Assembly: GCF_000981445.1 (NCBI RefSeq)
Contig: NC_027218.1
Coordinates: 620,001-684,000 of the forward strand
Source of the DNA: Babesia bigemina
Lineage: Eukaryota
Length of the DNA: 64,000 nucleotides
Reading direction: 5' to 3'
The notes beneath the pieces were generated by a model that was given only the letters and a program-made list of their open reading frames with translations, did no database searches and was not told where the DNA came from. The translations under genes were made by a program, and so were the position numbers. Below are positions 1-10,900 of the stretch, piece after piece. How positions within the stretch are numbered: position 1 is the first letter of the stretch; each line of letters opens with the position of its first letter.

Positions 1-2
1 TG

Positions 3-341
3 AGCACGCCCTTACGACTGACACCTGAGTCGCAGGTAACGACACTGCAGCAACCCAATGACAAAACTGGGGCAAGCCAGAGGAGTGAAAACATAAAGTC
101 AGAAACAAAATCGGATGACAACGCATCATCACCCGATCCAGCCATTCAAGATGAGGCCACGCCCACACCGGAACAAAACCAACCGAAAGAGCCCAATCCA
201 ACGGATGTGAAGCAACCCACACCATCGCCGGTAGCAACCGACTTGCAGACGATAGCTGTAGGAGATGTCACGGATGCGTTATGCGGATTACCAGGCAATA
301 AGTGGGATTGCCAACAATATTCATGGCACAACGGTTTCTAA
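3..341 (+). CDS. 3' end of a gene entering from the left edge; Pro/Thr/Gln/Asp-rich low-complexity protein of unknown function
   Basis: Frame open from base 3 to TAA at 339-341 (…SSPDPAIQDEATPTPEQNQPKEPNPTDVKQPTPSPVATD…SWHNGF*). It is absent from the ORF track because its start lies outside the window. Confidence 0.45.
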   Translation, partial: STPLRLTPESQVTTLQQPNDKTGASQRSENIKSETKSDDNASSPDPAIQDEATPTPEQNQPKEPNPTDVKQPTPSPVATDLQTIAVGDVTDALCGLPGNKWDCQQYSWHNGF

Positions 342-1187
342 AAGTGTATCAGGGTTTGCGGCAAGGGGGCCATGGTTGTTCAAATCATGGTAGCCGCAGA
401 TATAATGGCGGCTCTATGAGTTACAATTGCCTCGCCACTGTGCTACGCTGTCATAATGGGTTGGGTATCTAATGTGTCTATGAGCAACTGATTTGTGAGT
501 TGCTATGCGTCGGAGAGACGGTTATTGCTCATGATAGTAACTCGCTGTCTGAACGCTTTTTGCATTATTTGCATGGCGCGCATCGTTATGCTGCAGAGGG
601 TATCAAATGCGACTTCCGCCTACCTGCTCACAGCCATCTAGCGCGCATATGCATGGCATGGAAAGTGAGCGATCCCCGTGGCTTATAACCAAAGTAGCTA
701 CATCAACAAACATCACGCAAAGGTTTGGGGCACAATTACGACATGCATATTCAATAAATAACTATGAGAAGACATTGAGTCGCTATGCGATACAAGATAG
801 AGTGCGTTCATAGGCACAGGAATCAATAGGCGTACGTTTCATCAATGAGTATGACGCCGAGCCCCGCAAAGCGGCAGCAACACATAAAAGACTTCAGGAA
901 ACACGAAAGAGTGCACATCCTGATGTATGCAATGCGGGTGCCAACATCATGTCGGATATATGGATATCGAAGCGCGACTCGGAACAACAGTTCGCTTAAC
1001 TGCGTCTTGAATACAATTCAAAGGACACAAGAAACTGTTTTAACTCATATGGTGCACACAGTCTTATGAATGCACACTGAATTCAGAATGCGTGCTATCA
1101 CTACACTTGGTACATTAGAGATGCGTCGAGAATGCCACCGTTGCCACGTCGCTCGTAATCCGGCCTCACTATCCCCCATTGTTGATC

Positions 1188-2096
1188 TTATTCCGCAGCT
1201 TTTCTGCGTCTACCTGATTGGCCGGGTTTTCGAGTTTTTGCACTCTTCGCAGCTTGTACAGGGTCCACAGCTGTTTCAGCTACTAAAGCTTCTTCAACTA
1301 CAGGTTGCTTAACTGGTAGCTTCTGTACAATATCAGATCCATAGAAAATGTCAAATCCTGCGAGATCGTACGTTTTATGAAATAAATCTGCATCCAAACC
1401 TTTAAACGTTTCGTATATATATGAACCATTCATGCCAGCCCGGCATTCCGACTCTTCGTAACCTAGAGGTCTCAACACGTCCCCAGCGGCCTTATATTCT
1501 ACTGTAGTGCTCCACCACCCGCTTTTAGAGAATACTGCATTTGACAAGGATTGCATTCCGGCGTACAACATAGGCGCCATCCCAACGAGAACCACTGCGC
1601 AGGCTTCCGGGTCTTTTGCGCACGACGCTTCCCACGTCGCTTCTGCACTGTACGCAGACTTGTACTTGTCAGGGTTTTTTATATCATTCAAGAGCTTCCC
1701 AAAACCATCCATGACGTTGCGTAAGCTCTCTTCGATGTATTCAGGTCTGGCACCCTTGACTCCTACAACGCGTGCGTATTCCTCAGAGTATCTTGCCAAT
1801 AGATGTTTAAACCCAGTGTTTGCGGTACTAGCCGGAGTATAGAATCTACTCAGCAATTGTTTCACGAACAGGTTATCTCTCAGCTCCGGTTTCTCTAAAA
1901 ACTCCCTAGAAATGCTTTTCATTTTTTCGAGAGCTGGCAACTGCTTATATCCATCGGAGTGTTTTGAGAATAGATGATGAATTGCGCCAGCCATAGCCTT
2001 CAAGGTGCTCTCGCCACAACTTCCCTTCAGGGCCATCAACCAGTCGATGCCCTCCTTGAGGTTGTGAGGAGCTTCGGTCAACGAAGTGTATACCAT
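1188..2096 (-). CDS. Short VESA1-family-like protein (VESA N-terminal motif only; no signal peptide or TM anchor), with a charged C-terminal tail
   Basis: The N-terminus SLTEAPHNLKEGIDWL matches the VESA start motif (SLTxxPxNLKEAIDW). The core YKSAYSAEATWEASCAKDPEACAVVLVGMAPMLYAG is shared with the paralog at 17945. Intronless, 302 aa. Confidence 0.85.
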   Translation of the reverse strand: MVYTSLTEAPHNLKEGIDWLMALKGSCGESTLKAMAGAIHHLFSKHSDGYKQLPALEKMKSISREFLEKPELRDNLFVKQLLSRFYTPASTANTGFKHLLARYSEEYARVVGVKGARPEYIEESLRNVMDGFGKLLNDIKNPDKYKSAYSAEATWEASCAKDPEACAVVLVGMAPMLYAGMQSLSNAVFSKSGWWSTTVEYKAAGDVLRPLGYEESECRAGMNGSYIYETFKGLDADLFHKTYDLAGFDIFYGSDIVQKLPVKQPVVEEALVAETAVDPVQAAKSAKTRKPGQSGRRRKAAE

Positions 2097-2190
2097 TTTG
2101 TAATGATGCGCTCTATGATTCTAATGTTATAGACGTCTTAATATTTTCTACGTACAGGTAGGTGTTTAAAGAGTTGTGACTTGATGGAAG

Positions 2191-2355
2191 ATCAGCACCA
2201 CGCACATCCCTTGGCCATCCACTCTATACGTTTGTAGTTTAAATATGCACAGCAATATATACACAAAATAGGCGGGATTCAAAGGCGCTACGACGACAAT
2301 TGTGGTCTGGCGCGACCAGATCTGCACAGTTAAGGTGGCATGCAGCACGCATGTC
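2191..2355 (-). promoter_or_regulatory. Conserved upstream motif block of the short VESA-like gene
   Basis: On the minus strand: GACATGCGT, GCTGCATGCC, AGATCTGG, GCGCCTnTGA, CCTAnTTnGTGTAnATA and GTGCTGAT. These occur in the same order and at similar distance from the ATG as upstream of the paralog at 17945. Confidence 0.55.
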
Positions 2356-3559
2356 GTTGCTTGTAGAAAGTATAGGATAACGTGTGACACGCTGAAGCTA
2401 GAGCTGTTGGCACTATTTATGACAACGCATTGAAAACATCGTCGCTATGACCCATTATCAGTCGAGATTTCCAATTTGCTGTATCTGTCATTAAAGGGCG
2501 TCAGCCTTCCTAGTTGTGCCTGACATGACATGAAGCAGTTAGACGCAAATCGATTCCCAACACACCTTAGTAAATCCTTTCAACATTTAATGTAATAATT
2601 GCCCTATTGTCAGTCCGTGCTCATAGCGCTGATCTGAGTGTCTCGGATTATGTGAAGCGGAGTATAATTCCACATGGCATTGCCACGGTGCAGCAGCATA
2701 CTGGTAGATGCGGCCGACCTATCTCAATGCCTCTAGCTACAAGCATCCGGATCTGGTGCCCATCGATCGAGCTATGGTCCTCACGTCAACCTAACCTTTG
2801 CGTTGTCCAGCAGGTTGCGTCCGCCGTGTCTGCTTTTCCCTTTGCCATTATATGGGCAAGCTCACATTTCGTACAACTTTTCTCGTGTGTTAGAGACCTG
2901 ATGCACTCACTAAATCTTTTTTGGGTGCACGTTTTACCTCATCATGTTGCCAAGGGTATTTGATATCGTCCGATGATGATCATCATTTCTGGAAATGAGT
3001 CATTGACACGTACGAGATCACATTTGGGTGCGCTGTGTGTCATCACATGAGTTAAGGCCTAGAAGCCTGTTGCCATCTCCACCTCTCTCTGAACACTTTC
3101 ACTAGGTATCCATATATCAGTTTCGTGAAATTACGCTTGTCCATTACTTGCTTTGTTTGTAATACGGATATCTTCCACTGTTGCCGTGTATTTCCGACGA
3201 TTGAATCTGATCAGTTACGGCCTGTAGACTGGCGCGATTACCCCTCCATGAACCGGATGCGACAAATAATGCAAAAGTACTTCTCACAAAATTTTGTATG
3301 CGATGTCTCTCATAGCATTGGTTGATTTAATCGGTTGATTTTTTACGTTCCAAAGGGGGACGGAAATTTCTTCGGTGGGCATCCAGACAGCTGCTGTCAT
3401 CATCACCGAATTTTCGCCATTTACAATCATACGCGACCACTTTTTATCGACATGTGCCGATATAAAATACTATTTGATTCTTTAGAACCGCACCACATTC
3501 CACGACAATTATAAATATAGGGGCTCTGTTAGGCATTGCAGCCTACTGCGCTAATCACA

Positions 3560-6409
3560 ATGGGTACATATCGCGTGGCTAGACATGTGTTGATATTTTG
3601 CTCGATAAATCTCTATTTGATGAGACCTATTGTCGCAGTGTTCTGTGATTTTGGAGATCCGCATGGATTACTTAGCAACAATGCTCTCGCCAGATGCTAC
3701 ATGGATATCGACAACATTGCGTCCGTGATATTGATATGCCCACGACGAATTAACGACGCGGACTACATCTTGCATCCTCAACCAACGGCAGATGATCGGT
3801 CTATTGTAAATACGTACGCAAGTGATTATGGTGAATTTCGTTCCGTTCCCCTTTCGGATGTAATAAAAACTGAATCCGGGAGCAATCTTGTATGGTTTGG
3901 CTCCAAGGAGTCACAAACCGAATTACATTTCAATTTCCCAATTCATGAATTATTCGCCATAACTAAACGTTATTTGGTCTTCATTTGCGGCCCGCGAGAT
4001 TTAGTTTTAAGTGATGCGCTGAAACGTCATCTTGTCCGCATCAATAGCAGTCGCTTCTTCGAGAAATTTCCTTGGACTCCAGCCGAACCATTGACTAACG
4101 AGATATATCAGATAGGAAGCGGATTGGGTGTACTTGTTTTGTACAGAGGGCAGATGCATGTGCCTTTTCAAGGCTGTGGCAGCCGTCCCTCTACACTGTT
4201 CGCTCCGGATGAGGTGACTGTGGACCCTGTCACAGGTACCCGTTCATGTTCGGCAACTCCCATGTCTAAATCGCCTATTGGGTTTGTTTGCGAAGATCAA
4301 ATTCAGCCCGAGAATTGTATGAGATTCCTCCTAGATAAGGATGGCAGCGTGGTGATTACTCCCGAACCGTATCCGTATTGGGATATCAAAAACCATGGGC
4401 CTTGGGTGGTGGCGCGATATTTCGATGACTTAGCACTGCCCCCTTTCCACGGCGAATGCAGGTGCATAAATTCCGAAACGGGTCGGCTGAAGGCCAAGAT
4501 TGAGATTCTTTCGGAAACCGAACACGTTTGTGACATTACCAGCAAAATCTTCCGCAATCGTCTGCGACCCATCAGTGGCCCTTGGTGTGCTGTTGTCCTT
4601 CACCCAGGCAGCACGTTGACCATAAGGTTTCCAATACCTCTTGTAGAGCCGGCATTTATGTATGAGGATTCTCCGGATGTCCCATTCTCCCAACTGCCGT
4701 CCGCCTATGAATACGAAACCGAATTCCTGCCGAATAATTTGGCGACTATGCGGCAACTGAAATCAATTCATGACATTGATGATTACGATGAAGTCGGGTA
4801 CAATGAAACCATTGCTGGCGATGCCCTCGAGCTGGATGTCTCCCAAATGTCCCGTGGGGAGGTGAAGCTGAAGTATCATCTCGACAAACCGCTTGCATTA
4901 CGAACAGGGTTAAACTCGTTTGTATATCACTGGACATTAAAATCTAGGAACATGTATGTCTCGGATCAAATTCGCGCCATCGTTGAGGTGACATTTGCGT
5001 TCAACCATGAGTACACAAAGCTGGGTTGTGATAGGTACCAAAGACAAGCGTTCGATCAGCGCCTGAGCAGGAATTATTGCGCAACTAAACGGATGGGAAA
5101 TGGCATAGGGGATGTTTACGAATGCTCGCTACATCTTTGGAGGGACGCTTGGAGGGCTGGCATTTATTGCAGATCTGATGAGAAGTTGTTGCCAGCTAAC
5201 TGTAAGTCTAAAGGTTACTATCTGTACTCCAATAATATTATACGTTTTCCCGTGTCTGTGCGAAGTGCTTTGCCTTACCCTATTAGAGGTTTCCAAGTTT
5301 TCAATTTTGACTTTAGGCACGATATCCCTGTGAGTTACGCTTGTATGTGTGTCGATAGCCGTGGTTACGAGACTGCTAAGCTTGTTTTGGAACACATCCA
5401 TGAAGAAACTCATACATACAAAGTACGCCGTGAAGGGGCGTCTAACATGTTGTTTTCTTACGTGTCGTTTCCCTGGCACAAGACCACACTATTGCTTGAA
5501 GGAACGGAATATACATATATGATTGTACTTAGGAGCATATCCAAAAAGTCCATAAAACTAGACGTGGGTACAAGACTGTCCATCACCTGTGGTCTAGATC
5601 CCTACGATCATACCATTGCAAGCAATGGAAATGTAACAACTACATGGCTGCCAAGCATGCCTAACGAATTTCATTATATTGTCGCCCATACGTCACAAGG
5701 ACGTAAACTTATTGCGAAACTACACGGGGATGCCATTGCTGCGACGCCTGCTGGGTTCGAAGTCGTTGACAATGATTTACCGGCACATCAGGAGTTGACT
5801 ATCACATCGCATAGAAGTGCTATTTTGGTATCAAAAGACCCACTTCACAAAAAGTATGTCCCCATGAGGTTTGTATGCGGCAAGACGCTCAATTCGTCGG
5901 ATTTGTCCATAGTCACTGGTAACGCGTCAGGAATTCCCATTCGCCGCATAACAGAAGCATCTTCACGATACACCTGGAACATCGTTAAGGTCAAAGTGGA
6001 GACCACGGACCCTTACATGCAGGGCTGCGGCGTTACATACGAATCCACTGAGTTGTTCAAGCCTGAGACACCCAAGCTCTACGATGCTGACGGAGAGCCT
6101 CAGTTCGGTTGCAAGATAGACATTCAGGCTGCGGGCGAGGCGGCGTTCTACTGCCCAGCACCATACGTCCTGGACCCACCCGAATGCTTCTACCAAGTAT
6201 CGGTGAACGGTGAAGTAAAGAACCTGGTAAACATCAGCCAGTCTTTGGTAGCGTCACATTCCAATCACTTTGTTATTTTGCGGTTCGACGGTGAACTCAT
6301 TGGACCTGTAGAAACGCTGCTCCAGACGCCGCCGTTGGAGTGTCGCTGCGTCACCATAAAAGGCATCGTTCTCTCCACCATACATATCAAGAATTACTAC
6401 GCCAAGTAG
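3560..6409 (+). CDS. 6-Cys (s48/45)-like multi-domain secreted protein, probably six domains (three A/B pairs), no C-terminal GPI/TM segment
   Basis: First ATG at 3560, followed by a hydrophobic signal-like stretch. Three repeats of the s48/45 B-type pattern GC..C..(F/Y)xC..PxxC..CxC (FQGCG…GFVCE…PENC…ECRC; KLGCD…GIYCR…PANC…ACMC; MQGCG…AFYCP…PPECF…ECRC), interleaved with A-like domains (FCDF…LICP…FICG). Ends KNYYAK. Confidence 0.75.
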   Translation: MGTYRVARHVLIFCSINLYLMRPIVAVFCDFGDPHGLLSNNALARCYMDIDNIASVILICPRRINDADYILHPQPTADDRSIVNTYASDYGEFRSVPLSDVIKTESGSNLVWFGSKESQTELHFNFPIHELFAITKRYLVFICGPRDLVLSDALKRHLVRINSSRFFEKFPWTPAEPLTNEIYQIGSGLGVLVLYRGQMHVPFQGCGSRPSTLFAPDEVTVDPVTGTRSCSATPMSKSPIGFVCEDQIQPENCMRFLLDKDGSVVITPEPYPYWDIKNHGPWVVARYFDDLALPPFHGECRCINSETGRLKAKIEILSETEHVCDITSKIFRNRLRPISGPWCAVVLHPGSTLTIRFPIPLVEPAFMYEDSPDVPFSQLPSAYEYETEFLPNNLATMRQLKSIHDIDDYDEVGYNETIAGDALELDVSQMSRGEVKLKYHLDKPLALRTGLNSFVYHWTLKSRNMYVSDQIRAIVEVTFAFNHEYTKLGCDRYQRQAFDQRLSRNYCATKRMGNGIGDVYECSLHLWRDAWRAGIYCRSDEKLLPANCKSKGYYLYSNNIIRFPVSVRSALPYPIRGFQVFNFDFRHDIPVSYACMCVDSRGYETAKLVLEHIHEETHTYKVRREGASNMLFSYVSFPWHKTTLLLEGTEYTYMIVLRSISKKSIKLDVGTRLSITCGLDPYDHTIASNGNVTTTWLPSMPNEFHYIVAHTSQGRKLIAKLHGDAIAATPAGFEVVDNDLPAHQELTITSHRSAILVSKDPLHKKYVPMRFVCGKTLNSSDLSIVTGNASGIPIRRITEASSRYTWNIVKVKVETTDPYMQGCGVTYESTELFKPETPKLYDADGEPQFGCKIDIQAAGEAAFYCPAPYVLDPPECFYQVSVNGEVKNLVNISQSLVASHSNHFVILRFDGELIGPVETLLQTPPLECRCVTIKGIVLSTIHIKNYYAK

Positions 6410-7952
6410 TGACTCTTACAGATTTGGCAAGCTTTTTTGTTAATTACACCAATCGGTTATTGCTTGTTTATGTTGTTCTCTTTGTTGGTCGGGCGGTTAC
6501 TGTGGTAGCATTGCTTTGGGTGGAATGTGGTAATTGTGACACTAAAACTCATAGCATAGTCTAGTGTAATCTATTTCGTGTATATGTATTGTGGTTGTTA
6601 ATAAATGTTGTTTTGAGGGTGAAATGTTAGCATGTATCACCACAGTATCACTCTCTTTCTCACTACGTGATCGAATGAGATGGGATATAGCAGTCAGTGT
6701 ATTTGGTCACAATTTGAAAGATTGGCAATGGCATTAACACGCAATAATGAGCACTTAGTGAAGTCTAGCCATGAGTTTCAGTAATCCACTATTGTTTTGC
6801 AACTACCGGCAGTCAATGTCTAGCCACGTTAGCCCATCGGTGGTGAGGCATACACGATTGGTTCCATTCGGTCATTATATATACAGTGCACACTATTAGA
6901 TGTTTTTGAAAGATACCGTGATTCATATTTGCAACGCGAAGCGTAAACGTCTAAGCAACACTGGAATCAGCCAGCCCACAGACTGATGGGATGGGCAACA
7001 ACAACAACTCGAAATCCTCATATTGAGATGCCCATCAGTAATCAGATGACAGATATGTTGGAAAAAGCGCAAGTCAGAGAAGTCGGCTAAAGGCGTTAAG
7101 AAAATCTCAGCTGAATCGGATAATCGATGTGATAATGGCTGAGATATTAGACTTTACACAACCTAAGGTAGTTTTGCGCTAAAATAGCGACCAAATACAT
7201 GAATTCACGTACATTTGGTTACGTGCCAATTAATAGAGTTAGGTGGTCCATCGAAGGGGGAAGTGTCTCTGGTTAGGTGACCCAATGCTCTCACATTGTG
7301 ACAGATGAGTAGTTGCTAACGCATTTCAGGATGTAGGATAGTGACAATCGATACTTGGCGCTGTTTCAACGGTAACTTATTTGATGCATTACTCCATGGT
7401 TATGTTTGCAACATCCAAACCATAGTGCAGAGATAAATATGGGGTAGCTTTGCCAGTCTATATATGACCTGCTGGGCGTGCTATGTATGTGGTGTAAAAC
7501 ACGCCGTTGCCATCTTTGGCGGTGTGGGTGATGGCGGATGCTTGGGTGCTTCCCTTGCTCTTACGGGAGACGGCTTGGCGGCATGACGGTGCAGCGTTTG
7601 GAAACGCATACTATCTCCCAATCGAAAACTTAATGGTCCGTCTCGTTCACCTGCAGTGCTCCAACTTGCCATGATAGTCAGGTTCCGTGCTTGATTGATT
7701 ATTGGGTTTGCAACTTTCCCCCTCCTCAGGTAGGTGGGATGTCTGTAATCTATGTTTTCTTGAATGTAGTTTGTAAGGTGAAGAGTCATGTGCCTCGTTG
7801 TAGTGCCATAAGGCACTGCGTTGTCACTCGCGTCAGCTTCTAATCTTGCCACTTTCACCAACAAGCACGCTTGGCTGCTTGGCCATGCTGTCTTATAGGC
7901 AGAGGCGCAGGCCTTGGCTGCCTGGAAATGTGACTGTGCGAGGACAGACGGC

Positions 7953-10900
7953 ATGGCGCCGAAGGTTTTGACAGACTGTCCCGAGAACCTTCGAGAGGCG
8001 ATCGACTGGCTCGTCCAGGTGAAGCACTGTGGCGGCGTTTCGACGCTGTCCGACGCTCTCGCTTCGTTGTTTGACAATGTTGCTCAGGACGCTGAAGAAT
8101 CTCTGTCGTCTCTGCTTGACCAGGACCGGCCGTCCGCTAGAGACGTCTCCAAACTTCGGGCGTTTCACAGTACTCTTCCGAAAGACTCTGAGAATCCTCA
8201 TAAAAACATTATACATAATCTCTGTGCCTCCGCTGGCAGCCTCTTAGGTTATAGTTTACCTGGGGCCTACGACGGTTCCGGGATTGTATATGGCAACGCC
8301 TCCCGTCTGTGCGATGCCATCCTGGCATTCCTGTATGCCGTGTTCAATGATGTGTATGGTAACCAGCCGTACGTTGCTGGTAGAAATGTATTGCATGATG
8401 ATCTAATTGTGTATTTGGAATCCCAACTGTGGCATGGCCACAAGGGGTTTTGCCAAGCCATCCCCAAGGTGGCCACTGGCCTCCAGAGGTACAACGCCGC
8501 TGTCGAGGCTTCTAACGACAAAGTCAAGAAGGCAATTGAAACCGTGTTGGATTACGTGAAACCAGATGGTGAGTTGCGTAAAGGTATAAAAGCTTTGCAG
8601 ATATCGGAAACATCGACGTCCACTCAAGATGAGAGGACTGTGGACGCCGCGGTCACCCTGGTGGAGGGGTGCAAAGAGGTCGCCAGGGTATTTTCCAAAA
8701 GCTTGACGGCGGCCACAGACGCCATAGATGACCTGAACCCAAAGCTGAAGAGAAAGCTCGAGAACGCAAGGAGAAGCCTTTTCAATCATGTCGAATGGCT
8801 GAGCAGGTGGTCCAAGAAGGGGGAGAAAAAGCGGTTGGACGAGATGATACAAAAAATAAAGAGTAGGCTTAGGCAGCTCGCAAAGGCCGTCAAAGAGAAA
8901 ATTAAACAAGAAGTGCATACGGTTGTCGAGTTGTTGAAGGAGCGTGTCAGGGAGATTAAAATGAAGTTGCAAGGTATTACTGCCAGTCTGGAGGAATATG
9001 TCAAGGAACTCGGGCAGTGGATGGGTGAGGCAAAAGAGTATATTAAGGATGTAAAAAAGTATGTTGATGAGATAATGCAGCAACTTGATGGAGACCATAG
9101 GCAGGCGATTGACAAGGCAGCCGCGGACATTGATAGTCAGCTTGGCAAGAGAGTTGAGGAGTTGAATCAGTGGATTAAGGATGCGGAGGCTGCCGTTACT
9201 GTGGCTAAGCAGAAGGCGGATGAAGTGTATAAAAGGTTAGATAAGAACAGCGGTACGACGATTGCTCAAGGGATTGAGAAGATTAATGAAGCTAAAGATG
9301 CAGTTTCAGGAGTTAGCACCCAACTGGAAACTGTTCACAAGAATTTGGGAGATTGGAAAAGTGTGGCGAAGGATGTGCTCAGCAAATCTCTTCAGAAGGT
9401 TGGAGAGGTGCATGACAAGTTGGATCCTGATCAAAAAACCGGCGACCATCCAATTGGCAAGAACCTTGAGAATATTGAGACCGCTCAAAAAGCGATTTCA
9501 TCTGCAAATCTAGAACTTAAAACACAAGTCGATAAGTTGAGTAACTGGATTTCCGACGCTGATCGTATCCGTGAGCAGGCGCAGCAAAAAGCCGAAGAGG
9601 TTTACAAAAGTTTGGAAGTTCATAAGCAACTGAGTGAGAAAATTGGGGAGATTCAGACAGCGAATAAGGAAATACAGAATGTTCATAGTGGGCTGAATAG
9701 TGTTGAGAAAAATCTGGAAGAGTGGAATCAGGAGGCCAGGAAAGTGATTCAAAGTGTGGTTGATAGGGTGACGGAAGTGCATAAGAAGTTGGATGACAAA
9801 GATCCAGGTACGGCGGTTGGTAACGGCATTAAGCAGATCAAAGCAGCAAAAGCAAACGTTGAAGCAGTTGATAAGGGATTAACATCTGTAAACGACGATT
9901 TGCGCAAATGGAGAGGGGCTGCAGAAATTGTGCTATCCACTGCAGTTGATAAAGCAGAAGAGGTGCATAAGCAGTTGGATCCTACGAAAAATAGCTCGAC
10001 GCTGGGTGGGCAAATCGATGCGATCGATACTGCTAGACAGGGAATTGTTGATGCAAACGAACAACTTGGTGCACAAGTAAAGACTCTGCAAAAGTGGATT
10101 GAGACTGCCGAAGATATCCGCCACAAGGCTGAGCAAAAGGCCAGGGAAGCCTATGATAAGTTGCAAGTTCATGAAAAACTGAGTGAGAATGTGAAGAAGA
10201 TTGTGGATGCCAAAAATAAGATTGACGAAGTTAATAAGAAAGTTACCGGCCAGCTTGGCAGTCTGAAGCAGTGGAATGCGGAGGCTAACAAGGTGCTTGA
10301 AGGGGCGATTACTAATGCGCAGTATGTTCATGATGAATTGCAAAGTGCTGTCGTCCAGAAAGTTGAAGGGATTCAACAGGCAAATGCGTCAATGATAGAG
10401 GCTAATAAAAAGCTTGCCACCGAAGTACAGAATTTAGGCAAGTGGAAGGATGCCGCCAAGGATGTTATTAAGAAAGCAGAGGACAAGTGTGATGAGATCC
10501 TAAAGAGGGTTCAGACAGATCCCAGCAGCAACAATGATTCAATTTATAAGCAAGCTAAATTGTTGAGAGATAGCGGCAAAAAACTTCTGACTGCTGCTAC
10601 TGACGCTAAGCAGAAAGTTGAGTCCAAGGTGAAGGATGCTTTGGATGCTGTAAAGGAAATGGACACAGATCTCAAGAGGGACTTGTATGATGTTAAGGAA
10701 AAGATTAAAAAAGGGATTACGGAGGTGATTAGTGAGTTGCAGGTTGGTGCGTTGGGTGACCGAGTGAAAGAGGATTTGAAGAAGTTGAGGGGGAATATTG
10801 AGGGGCTAAAAAGTAAAGTGGATGAGCGGAATGGCAACAGTATAGTGAAAAATCAGTTGAATGCGCTTGAGGAAGCGAAGACTGCAACGATTAATGAAGT

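Noticed and set aside
540..960. Cluster of TGCAT/GCATG words
   Set aside because: Short words, no fixed spacing, and located between convergent 3' ends; enrichment cannot be shown by eye.
2973..2986. 14-bp perfect palindrome ATGATGATCATCAT in the divergent intergenic region
   Set aside because: Low-complexity triplet origin and single occurrence; compatible with chance.
7481..8077. 198-aa minus-strand ORF overlapping the ves start, considered as a head-to-head ves partner
   Set aside because: No VESA motifs or recognisable domain, non-ATG start, and partly an antisense shadow of ves.
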